A DNA stretch of 64,000 nucleotides from Anthoceros angustus (lineage: Eukaryota; Plantae; Anthocerotophyta), in assembly GCA_010909165.1 (NCBI GenBank), contig MU008163.1, positions 806,001 to 870,000 on the forward strand, read 5' to 3'. Under the pieces are notes generated by a model. That model saw only the letters and a list, made by a program, of their open reading frames with translations. It was not told the DNA's origin and made no database searches. The translations under genes were made by a program, and so were the position numbers. The first letter of the stretch is position 1. Every line of letters begins with the position of its first letter. Below, one piece after another: positions 22,789 through 34,200 of this stretch.

Positions 22789-25420
22789 ATGGCGATGATT
22801 GTAGCCGACAGGCGGAGTTGGGAGCAACTCGTGAAACTGTCCGCTTCTTCACGCTGGCTCTTAATCCTGGCTCTCGCCTCTGCTTTCCTGACGTCCCTGA
22901 AATGCGTAAAGGGAGCACGGGAGGCCGATAGGATCAGTCGCCTGCCGGGGCAACCAGAAGTCCCGTTTGCGCAGTTCGCCGGGTACGTTCCGGTGGACCA
23001 GGACAAGCAGCGGGTATTCTTCTACTACTTCGTGGAGGCCTGGCGTGCCAATCCCAGCGACTATCCCTTCGTGTTGTGGCTCAATGGAGGTACCCAGTGC
23101 GGACCGGATCACAAATTCATGCTTTGTTTGCATCGCCGCATTTGAACCTCCGAGACCAACCCAGCTGCCATCCTCGTGCAGGACCTGGATGCTCGTCTGT
23201 CGGAGGAGGTGGGTTCGGGGAAATCGGCCCATTCTGGCCCAACGGATACGGAACCGGGCTGAGGATCAACTCGCACGCCTGGACAAACGGTACGCTCTCC
23301 TCTGCGAGCGAGATTGTTGCTTCCCATTTGTGTTTGACACGGTGTGTGTTAACGTTGTGGGCGCGCGGCAGAGGCCAACATTCTGTTCGTAGAAAGCCCC
23401 GCAGGCGTCGGATTCTCCTACTCCAACGACAGTAGCGACTACAAGTACTACGACGACAAGTTGGTCGGTGCGTATACGTAGAGGCCGGAGGATCGTTGGA
23501 ACAAGTCTTTCCCTTCTTGCAATGCAAGACGTCTTGTTTTTGCTTTCAACTCACTCACAGTGACCTCGAATGCTCGAGTGCAGCCCATGATAATCTCCAA
23601 TTCCTTCTCAACTGGCTCGACGAGTTTCCGGAGTACAAGACTCGAGACTTCTACATCACCGGGGAAAGCTATGCAGGTGCGGGGCTGTCTGCTGCTAATA
23701 TGTGCTCTTTCGAATTCCTCAGCGTCAGTGCCTTGAATTGACGGTGTGTTGTATGCTTTTTCTTTCAGGCCACTACATACCAGATTTGACGTATCTCGTC
23801 ATCCAGCATAACCGAGTTCCTGGAAACTACAAGTTCAATCTGAAGGGAGTGGCTGTAAGTGATCAATTCCAATCTCGCTGGTGCCCTTTTGTGAATGTTG
23901 GAGGATTCCTGGAAGTGCAGTATAGTACAGCTGGGGGTAGCACAAGTTGTCCAATTGCAATTTTGCAAGTTCTGAAACTGATTTCATACTTTTGCATTGC
24001 TGCATCTTGCAGATTGGGAACCCGTTTTTGAGCTTAGAGTACGACCAGGCATCGATCTACGACTACCGCTACACGCATGGATTCACTTCCGAGTCCACAT
24101 ACCGCGGCATCCTTGACAATTGCGTCTTTGCAGACTACGATTACACGGATCCTGGCTACAACCAGACCGAGGGGTGCGTTGATTTTCTGAGACTCAGCGA
24201 TGAGGAGGTGGGAGATTTCATAAACCCGTACGATGTCATCGTGGACGTGTGCCTCCCTGCTCAAGCAATGCAAGAAATTCGGCTCAAGAAAAACGTGAGT
24301 CGCGCAACGACGCCTCTGTCCTTCGAGGATTCCGGACATCGCTCTTGTCCTGTTCGGTCGGCAGCAGGTGCGCACATTTCATCGAAGCTGACGCCGCTTC
24401 TTCGTGCCGATCGCTCTGTGGCAGATTGCTCATAAAAGCATCGGGAACGACGTCTGCCTTGATACGGAGGAGGAATACTATCTGAATCTGCCGTCCGTTC
24501 AGATCGCGCTCCACGTTTATGATCATCACATCTACTGGACTGACTGCAGCGAGTAAGCTTTCATTTCGCTCTCTTGTTTTGTTAACGTTTCTGCATCTCT
24601 GGTTGCCAGTTCATGCGACTCTTGTCCCTGTATGAAACATGCAGCATTGTCACCTTCCCCGCTTATAATCCTGCCGACCTGAAGCGAGATCTGGTGCCCG
24701 TCCTCGGGGAGATTGTGAAGAGCGGCATCCCTCTCCTCATTTTTAGGTTAGTCTGTCCATTTCAAGCAGTCATGGCTCGGGTTGCATGTGTTTCTGACCT
24801 GCGGTGTGCGAGCAGCCTTTGCTCTGACTGCATGTGTTTTTGACCCGCGGTGTTCCAACATTTGTTGCTCGTGTTGCATATGGACATATGCGTTTTTGAC
24901 CACAGGCGTTCCAGTCGTTGCTCGGGCACCTTGTGTTTCTGACTGGAATGTCCTTTCCTCCAGTGGAGATCAAGATGACGTGGTTCCTCTCAGCGGAACG
25001 AGAATACAGATTGACGGCCTAGCCACCACTCTGGGCCTGAACGTGACGCTGCCGTATTCGTCGTGGTTCCACAACAATCAGGTCAGGATGGGCCAGATCA
25101 TGCCAGGACAGAAGTATCTTCATGGATGATCTCGTGTACAGTGTCTTACTCCCACGTACAATGCTTTAATGTATCAGGTTGGAGGATGGCAGATCGTGTA
25201 TGGCAACCAGCAGCTGAGCTTTGCCACAGTCAGGGGGGCAGCGCACATGGTACCGTACTCCCAACCTGCCAGGGCTCTGGGGCTTTTCAAGTCCTTCCTA
25301 CGTATAGAGCCACTGGACCCTGTTCCTCCCCCGTCTCCTCCTCCCGCACCCTTTCCTACAGGTTTTCCTCCTACTCCAGGAGGGTTACCTTACCCTCCTG
25401 CTGCCAGTCCCTCTTTGTAA
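22789..25420 (+). CDS. Serine carboxypeptidase-like protein (S10, carboxypeptidase II-like), 10 exons, Pro-rich C-terminal tail (SCPL-A)
   Basis: [38 protein letters not shown] (Ser, ~23667), SGDQD (Asp), [12 protein letters not shown] (His), all introns GT-AG. Confidence 0.93.
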
Positions 25421-25468
25421 TCTGAGGCATAGTGATGGAAAGGGGTCTGGTCTAGCACTAGACAGAAA

Positions 25469-25706
25469 CCTGCATTATTTCTCAACTTATGCCTCCAAAG
25501 TTGGGGATTGCATACAAAGAACTTTAAGTGTCCGGATCAGGTGATAAGGTGCTTCGAGGTACAAACGCTCAACCCTGGGCAAAATTACAGCGACCTGCAT
25601 TACTTCTCAACTTATGCCTCCAAAGTTGGGGATTGCATACAAAGAATTGTAAGTATCCCGATCAAGTGCTTCGAGCTACAAAAGTTCAACCCTGGGCAAA
25701 ATTACA
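25469..25706. repeat. ~120-bp imperfect tandem duplication between convergent SCPL-A and EMB2737-like 3' ends
   Basis: cctgcattatttctcaacttatgcctccaaagttggggattgcatacaaagaa...caaccctgggcaaaattaca occurs twice. Confidence 0.85.
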
Positions 25707-25718
25707 TGAACCATCTGC

Positions 25719-28305
25719 TCACTTCCGACCCTTAGCCGCTTTGGCTCTCTGCAAAGCAGCCTCTCTGTCTGCCGCTTGCTTTGCCAGTCTCTCGGCTCGT
25801 TCCTGCCGTTCCTTCTTCTTCTGCTGGTCTTCGGAGAGCTTTTTCGAGCCAGCTCCTTTCTGCAGACAGCAACACAACGGTTGAGACCACGAAACAGGAG
25901 CATCTGATTCTCATCTACGGGGAGGTAATCGAGAACCTGCTGTGCAGCTCTTGATTTGGTGGAACCTGGTGGCCCGGTACCGGTCTTAGGAGAGGTTTCT
26001 TGTGGTAAGGGGGAGGTGGCCTGGATTGTTTTCTGAGACTGTTCCCCACCAGATGCTAGATAGCTGTCGATCTTCTCCTTCACTATGTCCCTAACCTGTA
26101 AACCAAATTGCCTGCTTGTGGGCCCAGTATGCTGAAGTCCAAAAGATGAAATCTAGAATACGACTAACCTTTTGCTCTCGCCATGCTTGCTCCCAAGCAC
26201 TGTCAAGCACCTTCTGTTGCACCGAGTCTACTCCTTGGAGAAGCTTTCGCACCTCTGCCAGCTTTCGTGGGTCTTTCAGTTCCCCAGGCTCCCAATCTGA
26301 CTCCTTCAACGATAGCTTGATGTCCTTGGCGGCCTGCAATGTGAAACAAGCAGCGTGAAACTTCAGAAGGAAAAACAAGAAACAATTGGACGTAGGCAAA
26401 AGAAATCAAGATGTAATTTAAAGATGCATATCAGATATTACCTCCCAGTCAGCTGGCCTTGGAGGAACGTCAAGCGTGGCAACCTGCGTCTCTATCTGCT
26501 GTCTGGCTTTGAAATATGGTACATTGCGGACAATCACCGGATCTCTTAGTGCTCTTTCTGGATCAATGGCGGTTAACAACTGTGGACACCAAAAAACCAT
26601 AACGCCACAAAAATCAATCAGAATTTCTATAACTCGATTTGCCACAGCAGCAACAAATTCCTTTTGACGAGATAAGACATTCGTTGCTGCTGAAAAACAA
26701 ACGAACAAACAAATGTCTTTTAACATGACAACGACCAGACAGTAAAGAGCAGCAACTTTACAGCACAACTCTCTGTGGTACGTATTCACCTTTTGCAGTT
26801 CTTCCCATCCTGGCTCCCGCTTAGCAACCAAGTCCCGAATTTCATCATACTTTCTGGACTCCTGTAACAGACAGCCATTGACCGTCACCCATTTACAGTT
26901 TCAGATGATGCAAATGCTGAAAGTCAAAGAGAGGAGAAACAACCTTCCATCGCCACATCATCTTCTCTTTCACATCCTGATCAAACTCAATGCCTTCCTC
27001 TAATTCTCTCCGTCCAAAGAGGTTAAAGGCTGCCCATTCTGGATCAGCCATACTGGCTTTTTTACCCTGATTTCACATTGACAAACGAATATCTGTGAGT
27101 CGAGGAAACCACCCGCTTCAACGGCAAATCAGTAACCAGAACTCACGCTGTGAGCAACTCTTCACCTAAGCTACTTGCTAGCACTAGGAAACTCCAGATA
27201 CGAGGAACTTCCTCTCACCTCCTCTGGAGCTTTCGTTTTCCTGTAGACGTCCCAAGTCGTCCATGGTACATTCAGCACCTGCCTTTTGCATCCAGGAAAG
27301 GATTCTGAGAGGCGCATAATGATCTCTCTTCACATGGACTAGACTACACTTTTTCCAGAGAAAAACTGGTGAAGGGCATATTACCTCATCCGCAGAGAAC
27401 TTGAGCTTCCACGACTGCCCCATACAGTCATGACAAATAACCACACCCTGAAATCAACAGGCAGGTATCAGCCACAAGCAGGTTAGATAGAACCTACATC
27501 GGTAAAAACATAGGACACTCACAGTTCCATCACAAGTTGGGCATGACTTCGTCGGCAGTGGGAGACCCATGTTGAATGTTGTTGGGAAATGTTCAATCTC
27601 TACAGTGCCTTCCTTTATACCCTTCCCTACGCTCGCAGCTGTTGGTCTGCCCAATACGCCAACAGCCCACAAAATCATTCATCCACCCCTTGGCGCGAAG
27701 AGCAAAGGAGGAGGACACATGCAATGCAGATTTCCTCTAACACGTACTCGCTCAAGCTCAAATTCTTTGGGGCGAATTGGACCATCCCCCCCCCTCCACA
27801 TGATGTGCAGCGAAGGGCCTCCCAACCATTGCACGTATTACATTCTCTGCACAGCCACACTTGAGTGAACCAGCAGGCAACGGCACCGATTCCTGCTGGT
27901 CTGAAGTGCAACGGAGTGAACAAATTACCTCCTTCCAATGTACTTCCCAGCCAGTTCCATGCATATGGAGGCTGTTCCGGCTGCAGCCACGCCCTACGTT
28001 ACGGATACACACAATCAAACCACCAAGAAAGAGCTCCCTTAATTCCAAACAAACTAGCAGCCATTTCCCGTGTCCGCAGCATTCGTCGTAAACAGTATCA
28101 CTGCCTGAATGCCAAACAGGCAATAGAGGCTTACAGCAACCCCTAGGGAGGCGGCAGAGGAGGCGAGCTTGGGCAAGCCGAAGCCGCCCTCTGCTGCGTC
28201 ACGCAGGTCCCAGGACAGGTCGACTGCGGCATCTTTGAGCACCTCCAGAACCTCTCGTGTCTGTTGTACCACTGATGTCAAAAACTTGCTGACCTGCTTC
28301 GCCAT
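25719..28305 (-). CDS. EMB2737: EMB2737-like protein (DnaJ-type Cys-rich zinc-finger N-half plus conserved C-half), multi-exon
   Basis: Exon peptides MAKQVSKFL.., CRECNTCNGWEALRCTSCGGGG, PLPTKSCPTCDGT, CHDC..KFSADE, ESRKYDEIRDLVAKREPGWEELQ, IDPERALRDPVIVRNVPYFKA, PPRPADW, VLDSAWEQAWREQK match my recollection of Arabidopsis At5g53860. Not database-checked. TGA at 25719-25721. Confidence 0.72.
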
Positions 28306-28315
28306 TGTGCCTTTC

Positions 28316-28910
28316 CCTCCAGCCACACTACAATGTGCGATCACCCGCCCGTGACAGTCCCATTCCCGGTGCTCCAAACTCGGGGTTTTAGCCCCAGCTA
28401 GGGTTTAAGGCTCCAGTCCCATATCCACTGGCAATGGAGGGACCAGGCGAGGGTAGAGTACTAGAGAGTACATAGAGACTAACATTGCAAAAACAGAAAT
28501 ACATACATATGTGATTTTGTTTACCCATATGTGCTTCTCATCCCTCGCGAATCAAGAGAATAGCGGGTTTCAAACTTAGGATGTCGACAACAGCGTATCC
28601 GCCCTATTTTGAGGTTGCCTACCCCCGCATATGAACCTCGCAATACCAGAGCGAATCAGTCTGTTCAATCTTAACTCCCCCGTCTGAAATCGGGGCTGGG
28701 TTGTGGTATATTTGTTTGTACCATTGTTTCCCGCGCTGCCCTTGCTTCCCATTTCATGTCCCAGTTCCGTTGCTCTTGCCCACACGTCCCTCCTTCCCCG
28801 CTTCCTCCTTCCCCGCTTCCTCCAGCCACACTACAATGTGCGATCACCCGCCCGTGACAGTCCCATTCCCGGTGCTCCAAACTCGGGGTTTTAGCCCCAG
28901 CTAGGGTTTA
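28316..28910. repeat. Perfect 92-bp direct repeat (28316-28407 = 28819-28910)
   Basis: cctccagccacactacaatg...ccccagctagggttta is identical at both sites. One copy lies 11-102 bp upstream of the EMB2737-like ATG, the other inside the Harbinger element. Confidence 0.95.
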
Positions 28911-29121
28911 GGGTGAGTGGTGTCACAGGCCAAGAGAGAGATCAGAAGCGAGGCTACAGTGGGTGTAGGGTTTAGGGTGAGTGGTGTCACAGCTGCCTGG
29001 GGGGATGCTGTAGCATACACATCCGGCGGGGCAACAGGCGGGGGCGGCACACCGGCCATCTCTTCCTGCTGCATCTGCTGGTGCTCGGGGGCGGCACAAT
29101 CTGCTGCTGCTCTCCCTGTAA

Positions 29122-30397
29122 ATGGCAGAATTAAGCGTGCCAGGCCCTCAGAGCGTGTGTATAGCCGTTGTCACTTCAAGGAAGAAGAAAAGTAACCTTC
29201 CTGTTGGGAAGAAACCAAATTTGCAAAGAGAAGATTATGAGCGTATTGTCACTTGGCTAGAGCATCCGCCCAATTACGCACTACGCAATTCAGTGAAGGG
29301 CTTCAGTATGCTGGCAGATGTGGCAAGCAAAGGCAGTAAGGGGCGCTTATGTCTTGGTGCGAAAAGCATGAAGGAAAGATTTGCTACTTACAAGGCAAGG
29401 TACATGAAGGCGAGAGAGGCAAGGGACAAGACAGTTTTGGTGTGTTTGTAGAGGACCGGAAAAATGGTATTTTTATCATTGCATAAATTGGACACCATGT
29501 GTGCTGGTTTGAACGCATGGACTCTTTGTTTGGAGCCAAAGCAAATGTGGAGCCATTATTTGAGCTAGACTGGATCGCAATGCATACTGGAGGCAAGCTC
29601 CTTTAATTGGAGAATTCCTACCTCGCCATCGCAAGTATTCAAGATCCCGACACCTCCTTGGTTTAATCAAGGAGACTCACGGTGTCCAAACGACGATGAA
29701 TCTCAAATTCCTGAAGAATGTGAATCACAACCTCAAGATTACATGAACTTAGATGAGGACAATGCTTTCCCAAGTGAAGTCCCTGATGGTGGGGAGGCTT
29801 TCCATATTAGGCATGAGATGAACTTAAATGAGGACAGTGCCCTGCCAAGTGAAGTCGTTGATGGTCGGGAGGCTTTCCATATCAGGAAGAAGAAACAACG
29901 TTCTGAGACTGCCGCTTCTCCATTTGTACAGAAGCGTGTGCGAACAACACCTACTGATGAGCGCAAGGCACCTCCAAAGCTGGATACTGGGCCTAGCGTG
30001 GGGGCATCCAGAAATGCTTTTGCTGCTGCCTATCGTGATGCTATAATTACGAAAGCTGAATGTAAGTCGTTACCAGTTACCAACAAATACATGCAAGAAG
30101 CAATGTTTTGTTTGCCAGAGTGTGCTCTTAACTGGTCTTCGCTATCGCAGGCAAGCGTCGTCTTGATTCGAGAAAATGGAGCTCTCTAGGGAGGAAAGTC
30201 AATCTAAACTACAGTGGGAGAAGGAAAAATGGGAGATGGAGAGGGCAGATCGGAAAAAGGAGCAAGCATTATTGCGGCAACAACGTAAGGAGGAGACTGA
30301 TGAGCGTTTGAGGATACAAAAATTGTTGCTCATTCAGACGGCCGTGGAAAAGAGCTACGACAGCGAGCAATTGGAGCATATGCTAAAGTTCATTTGA
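29122..30397 (+). CDS. Harbinger ORF1 (putative Myb/SANT-like DNA-binding protein with coiled-coil C-terminus), fragmented or spliced
   Basis: ORF pieces 29122-29451 (EDYERIVTWLEHPPNY..MKERFATYKARYMKA), 29743-30189 and 30176-30397 (LQWEKEKWEMERADRKKEQ), lying between the TIRs and opposite the transposase. Confidence 0.6.
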
Positions 30398-31247
30398 TTG
30401 GTAGAAATATAGCTTCCCTTCTAGGTGTTTGAGGACAACAAAACCAAGTAAGGCTTGCAAACGTTGTGGCAAATGATATCTTCATGCTTCTGGTCGACGA
30501 GACAAAGGAAGAACTCCACGTTCGAAATTTGTCTGAAGAGTAATCATCTTCAGAGACTCACGAAAACTCTCAGCGTGAATGGTACTAGCCCCAACAACTT
30601 CACCAGAAGACTCTACTTGGTCACCTTCCTCTAGAAGCATGTCTGTCCATGTATCACCAAGGCGAGCTAACATGTTATGAAGAACACAACATGCTGCAAC
30701 CCAGCGGACTACCTCCCGCATATCCCGAGGACATCTTATCTGCTGCCTCATTTCTCGAAGGGAGGCCCAACGAGATTTCAAAATACCTATGCAGTGCTCA
30801 TTCCTAACTCTACTTTTGGCAAGGCAAAAATTGAATTCTGCATTTTCCAGCACATTTGAAGCAGGAGCCTTGTACGCAGGTATACAGTTGGTAGACAAAC
30901 CGTAGGCAGAATCTGCAAATATGTACTCCCCTGCTGAAAAGTGAGTTTGCGGATCCTTGTACAGTTTCATCCAGTGGAACACAAACGAGTCTGCACACCG
31001 ACCAGGACAACCCACATGCAGGGGCAGTGATTCGTTTGTCATCGCAAACCACTTGCATGTTGATGGAATACCTGGCAAAGAGAGGTAGTGCAAGCTTAGT
31101 ACTCGTGTCTTGGGTTACAGCAAGCCCTCAAAACACATATTGTAGCATACTGTGGCACGACTTTTGCTGACGGCCAGCCGGGCGCGCACAATCCCGTGTC
31201 GTTGTAGTAAGGGGTCCGTTCCACAGGGAATGGTCTCGTGCTTATTC

Positions 31248-34200
31248 TGATGAGAATCAATAGCTCTTAGATAGAAGAGAAACAATGGAATGAATTGATT
31301 AATGAGTAAAGTACAAGCCTTTAAATAGGCTGGGTGGTAGGGTGGTTACAACAATATGTTGTTGTAACCATAAGTGGTTGCAACCATAAGTTGTTGCAAC
31401 TATAAGTTGTTGTAACTAACATAACAACTAACTACCTAAAGCCCTAGCTCTTAAATAATGTTTGAGTAATTAGGCCCTAATGAATAGTGCCCTAAGCTAG
31501 AGCTATTTCATCACTCCCACTCACTATGAATGTAGGGGTGAATTTTAGCTTCAAAATGAGGTCTAAAACATAGATAGACTCCCACTTAATCAAAAGTTAT
31601 TTACTTAAGAAAAATGCTAAAAACTTAAGATGCTTGATGGTTAAGTTAGCTTGAAATAAAAACTTAATATATCCTCGAAAGTTGGCGGTTGAAAACGGCC
31701 ATAGAAGAAATAGTCTAAAAGCAATAACACCTGGCATTAATAAATAAGCCACAAAATAACAATAAAAATAAGGCCTTAAATGATCCATAAGCCTATAAAC
31801 AGGTCCATAAATAAGCCAAAATTGAGCCTATATGAGCCATTAAAAGATAAATAGGCCTGACCCAAAAACGGGGCCAAAATAAAGCCTAAAATAGGAAAAC
31901 CAATAAACGGGCTATAAGATATAAGCCCATTTTGGGCTTATCCAGGGCATACGGCCCTGAACCACCCGGGGCCACCTGATTGGTGGTCAGAGGGGGCAGG
32001 TACGGCCGTTAAGCCGGCCGGTTCTGCCTCCCAAATAAGCGCTCCTGCCGGGAAAGCCATCACTTTGCCCCCGCACATGGTGGCGATGACTGCCTGCCCC
32101 TCCGCACAGAAGACTGGAGCCGGGCATCCAAGACTGCATAGGCGCGAGCATCCCGCGCTCCGCGCCTGCTGTCGCGCGCCGCGCCTGGTGGATAGAACCA
32201 CACGCATCCCGGCGCCCCTGCGGCTATCTGCTGTCGGGGTGAGAGGTGATCTTCCCCGCGTTCCAATCTCCTGAGGTCGCGCTCCCACTGCCGCTACACA
32301 AGTCCCCATGTGTCTCGTGTTGTTGTTGCAGATTATTGTATTGCTGCAAAAATTGGAGTTGAGATGACGCGCCTGATAACTGGTGAGTCCATTTTGCTTT
32401 CAATGTGTATATCCAATTTGCATTGTCTATTTCCCATTTTGTAAATTTTCATTCGGTAGTTTCCATGTCTCATGCTTGTAGGAATAATACATGCTTGATA
32501 TGGTGGCAGGTCCTCGTCGCGTGGAGAAGGCCCGTGCCCCCCCACATGCTCCAAGGGACGAGGCCATAAAGAAAATGAAGAGAGCAAACCGAGTAGCAAG
32601 AAGGAGAAGAAAACTTGCCGCACGTGGAGAAAAGGATAGATTGAGTCGGGAAGCCGCCCGTGGGCGCATCTTGTGGTATAGAGATGCACTCGCACGGGGT
32701 GAAGAGATCCCGTTGTCGGGCCCCGGCCGTAATATAGGAAATGATATGGAAGATCCTAATTTCTCTTGTGAATTCCTGCAAGCATGTGCCGAGGTGGCTA
32801 AAACAGGTGGAGAAAAGGCCGATGGAGAAGATGACGTCTTGGTTGTACAAGCACTCGTCGGAAAAACCGATGTTGTCATCAAAGAAGTCGAGGGGGCTGG
32901 TAAGCCAATAAAATGCAAAATAAATTGCAATAAATAATTTGATTGCATAAAAATACTAATCATTGTTGATGTAGATAATCCAATTACCGAGGGCTCAGGA
33001 GCTATATCCTCAGAGTGTCCTGGGTATGACGATTGACCATGAAATGGGTGCACCTCCTAGCAGTAATGCATAGCCACATACAGATTTGCGGCTATCAGGA
33101 TCTCCAGCATAGTCGGCATCAGCATAAGCCGTTAATTGTAACTTAGATATGCCGGGAACATGTTTGTACATCAATCCTGTGTGCATAGTCCCTTTTAAAT
33201 ACCTGAATATCCTCTTGACACATTGCCAATGTTGTCGCCTGTGATTCTCAAAATTGTGAGAGCACTAACTTCAAAAGATATATCGGGTCTTGTGAAGTTA
33301 CTTAAATATATTAAGGTGCCAACAGATGTCTCATGCTTGTAGGAATAATACATGCTAGCATCTGCTTTTAGGGCTCATATCTCACTGTAAGCCTTGTGCC
33401 ACTTGGAAATGGTGTGGCTGCCGGCTTAGCATCTTCTAGTCCAAACTTCTTTAAGCTTTCTTTTATATATTTTGTTTGAACCAAGGAAATGGATTTATTA
33501 CCTCTATCTCTTATAATGTTAACGCCAAGGGCATAACTAAGGTCTCCCAGGTCTGTCATTTCATAATGACTTCTCAACCATGCTTTAATTTCAGCTAGAT
33601 GGGAGAGTGAAGATGAAGCTAAAAATAAGTCATCCACATATAGTAAGAGGTAAATTGTGTACTATTTAGTCTTCAGGATATACATGCTAGCATCTGCTTT
33701 GCTTTGAACAAAACCATATTTTGTAAGCTTGTCATGTATATCATTATTCCATTCCTTGCCAGATTGCTTAAGGCCATAAATGCCTTTAATGAGCCTCGCA
33801 TACATGGTCTTCTTTACCTTTGACTTCATAGCCTTGAGTTGTCTCATGTATATTTCTTCTTGGATTCGCCATGCAGATAGGCGCTTTGACGTCCATCATG
33901 TGAAGATGTAAGTCATGTTGAGCGGACAAGGCTATTATAATTCGAGGAGGCAAACTTTGCTCGGTGCATAGGTAGCCCAGGGTATGTAATCTAAACCCGG
34001 TATCTGGTTAAACCCTCTGGCTACCAGCCTTGCCTTATATCGCTCAATAGAACCATCACCCTTACGTTTGATTTTAAAGACCCATTTACTTCCCACTATT
34101 TTTCTCCCTTTGGGTGGTTTAACTAATTCCCATGTGGAGTTTTCTACTAAAGAGTTGTACTCAATCTCGCTACCTTCCATGTGTCTTTCTCGAGAGGAAA

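Noticed and set aside
27184-28305. Separate small DnaJ zinc-finger gene and separate downstream unknown gene
   Set aside because: The exons join in frame (..KAPEE|GKKASMADP..WRWK|ESRKYD..) into one EMB2737-like gene.
28399-28990. Telomere or interstitial telomeric array
   Set aside because: Only isolated TAGGGTTT(AGGG) motifs, better explained as telo-boxes.
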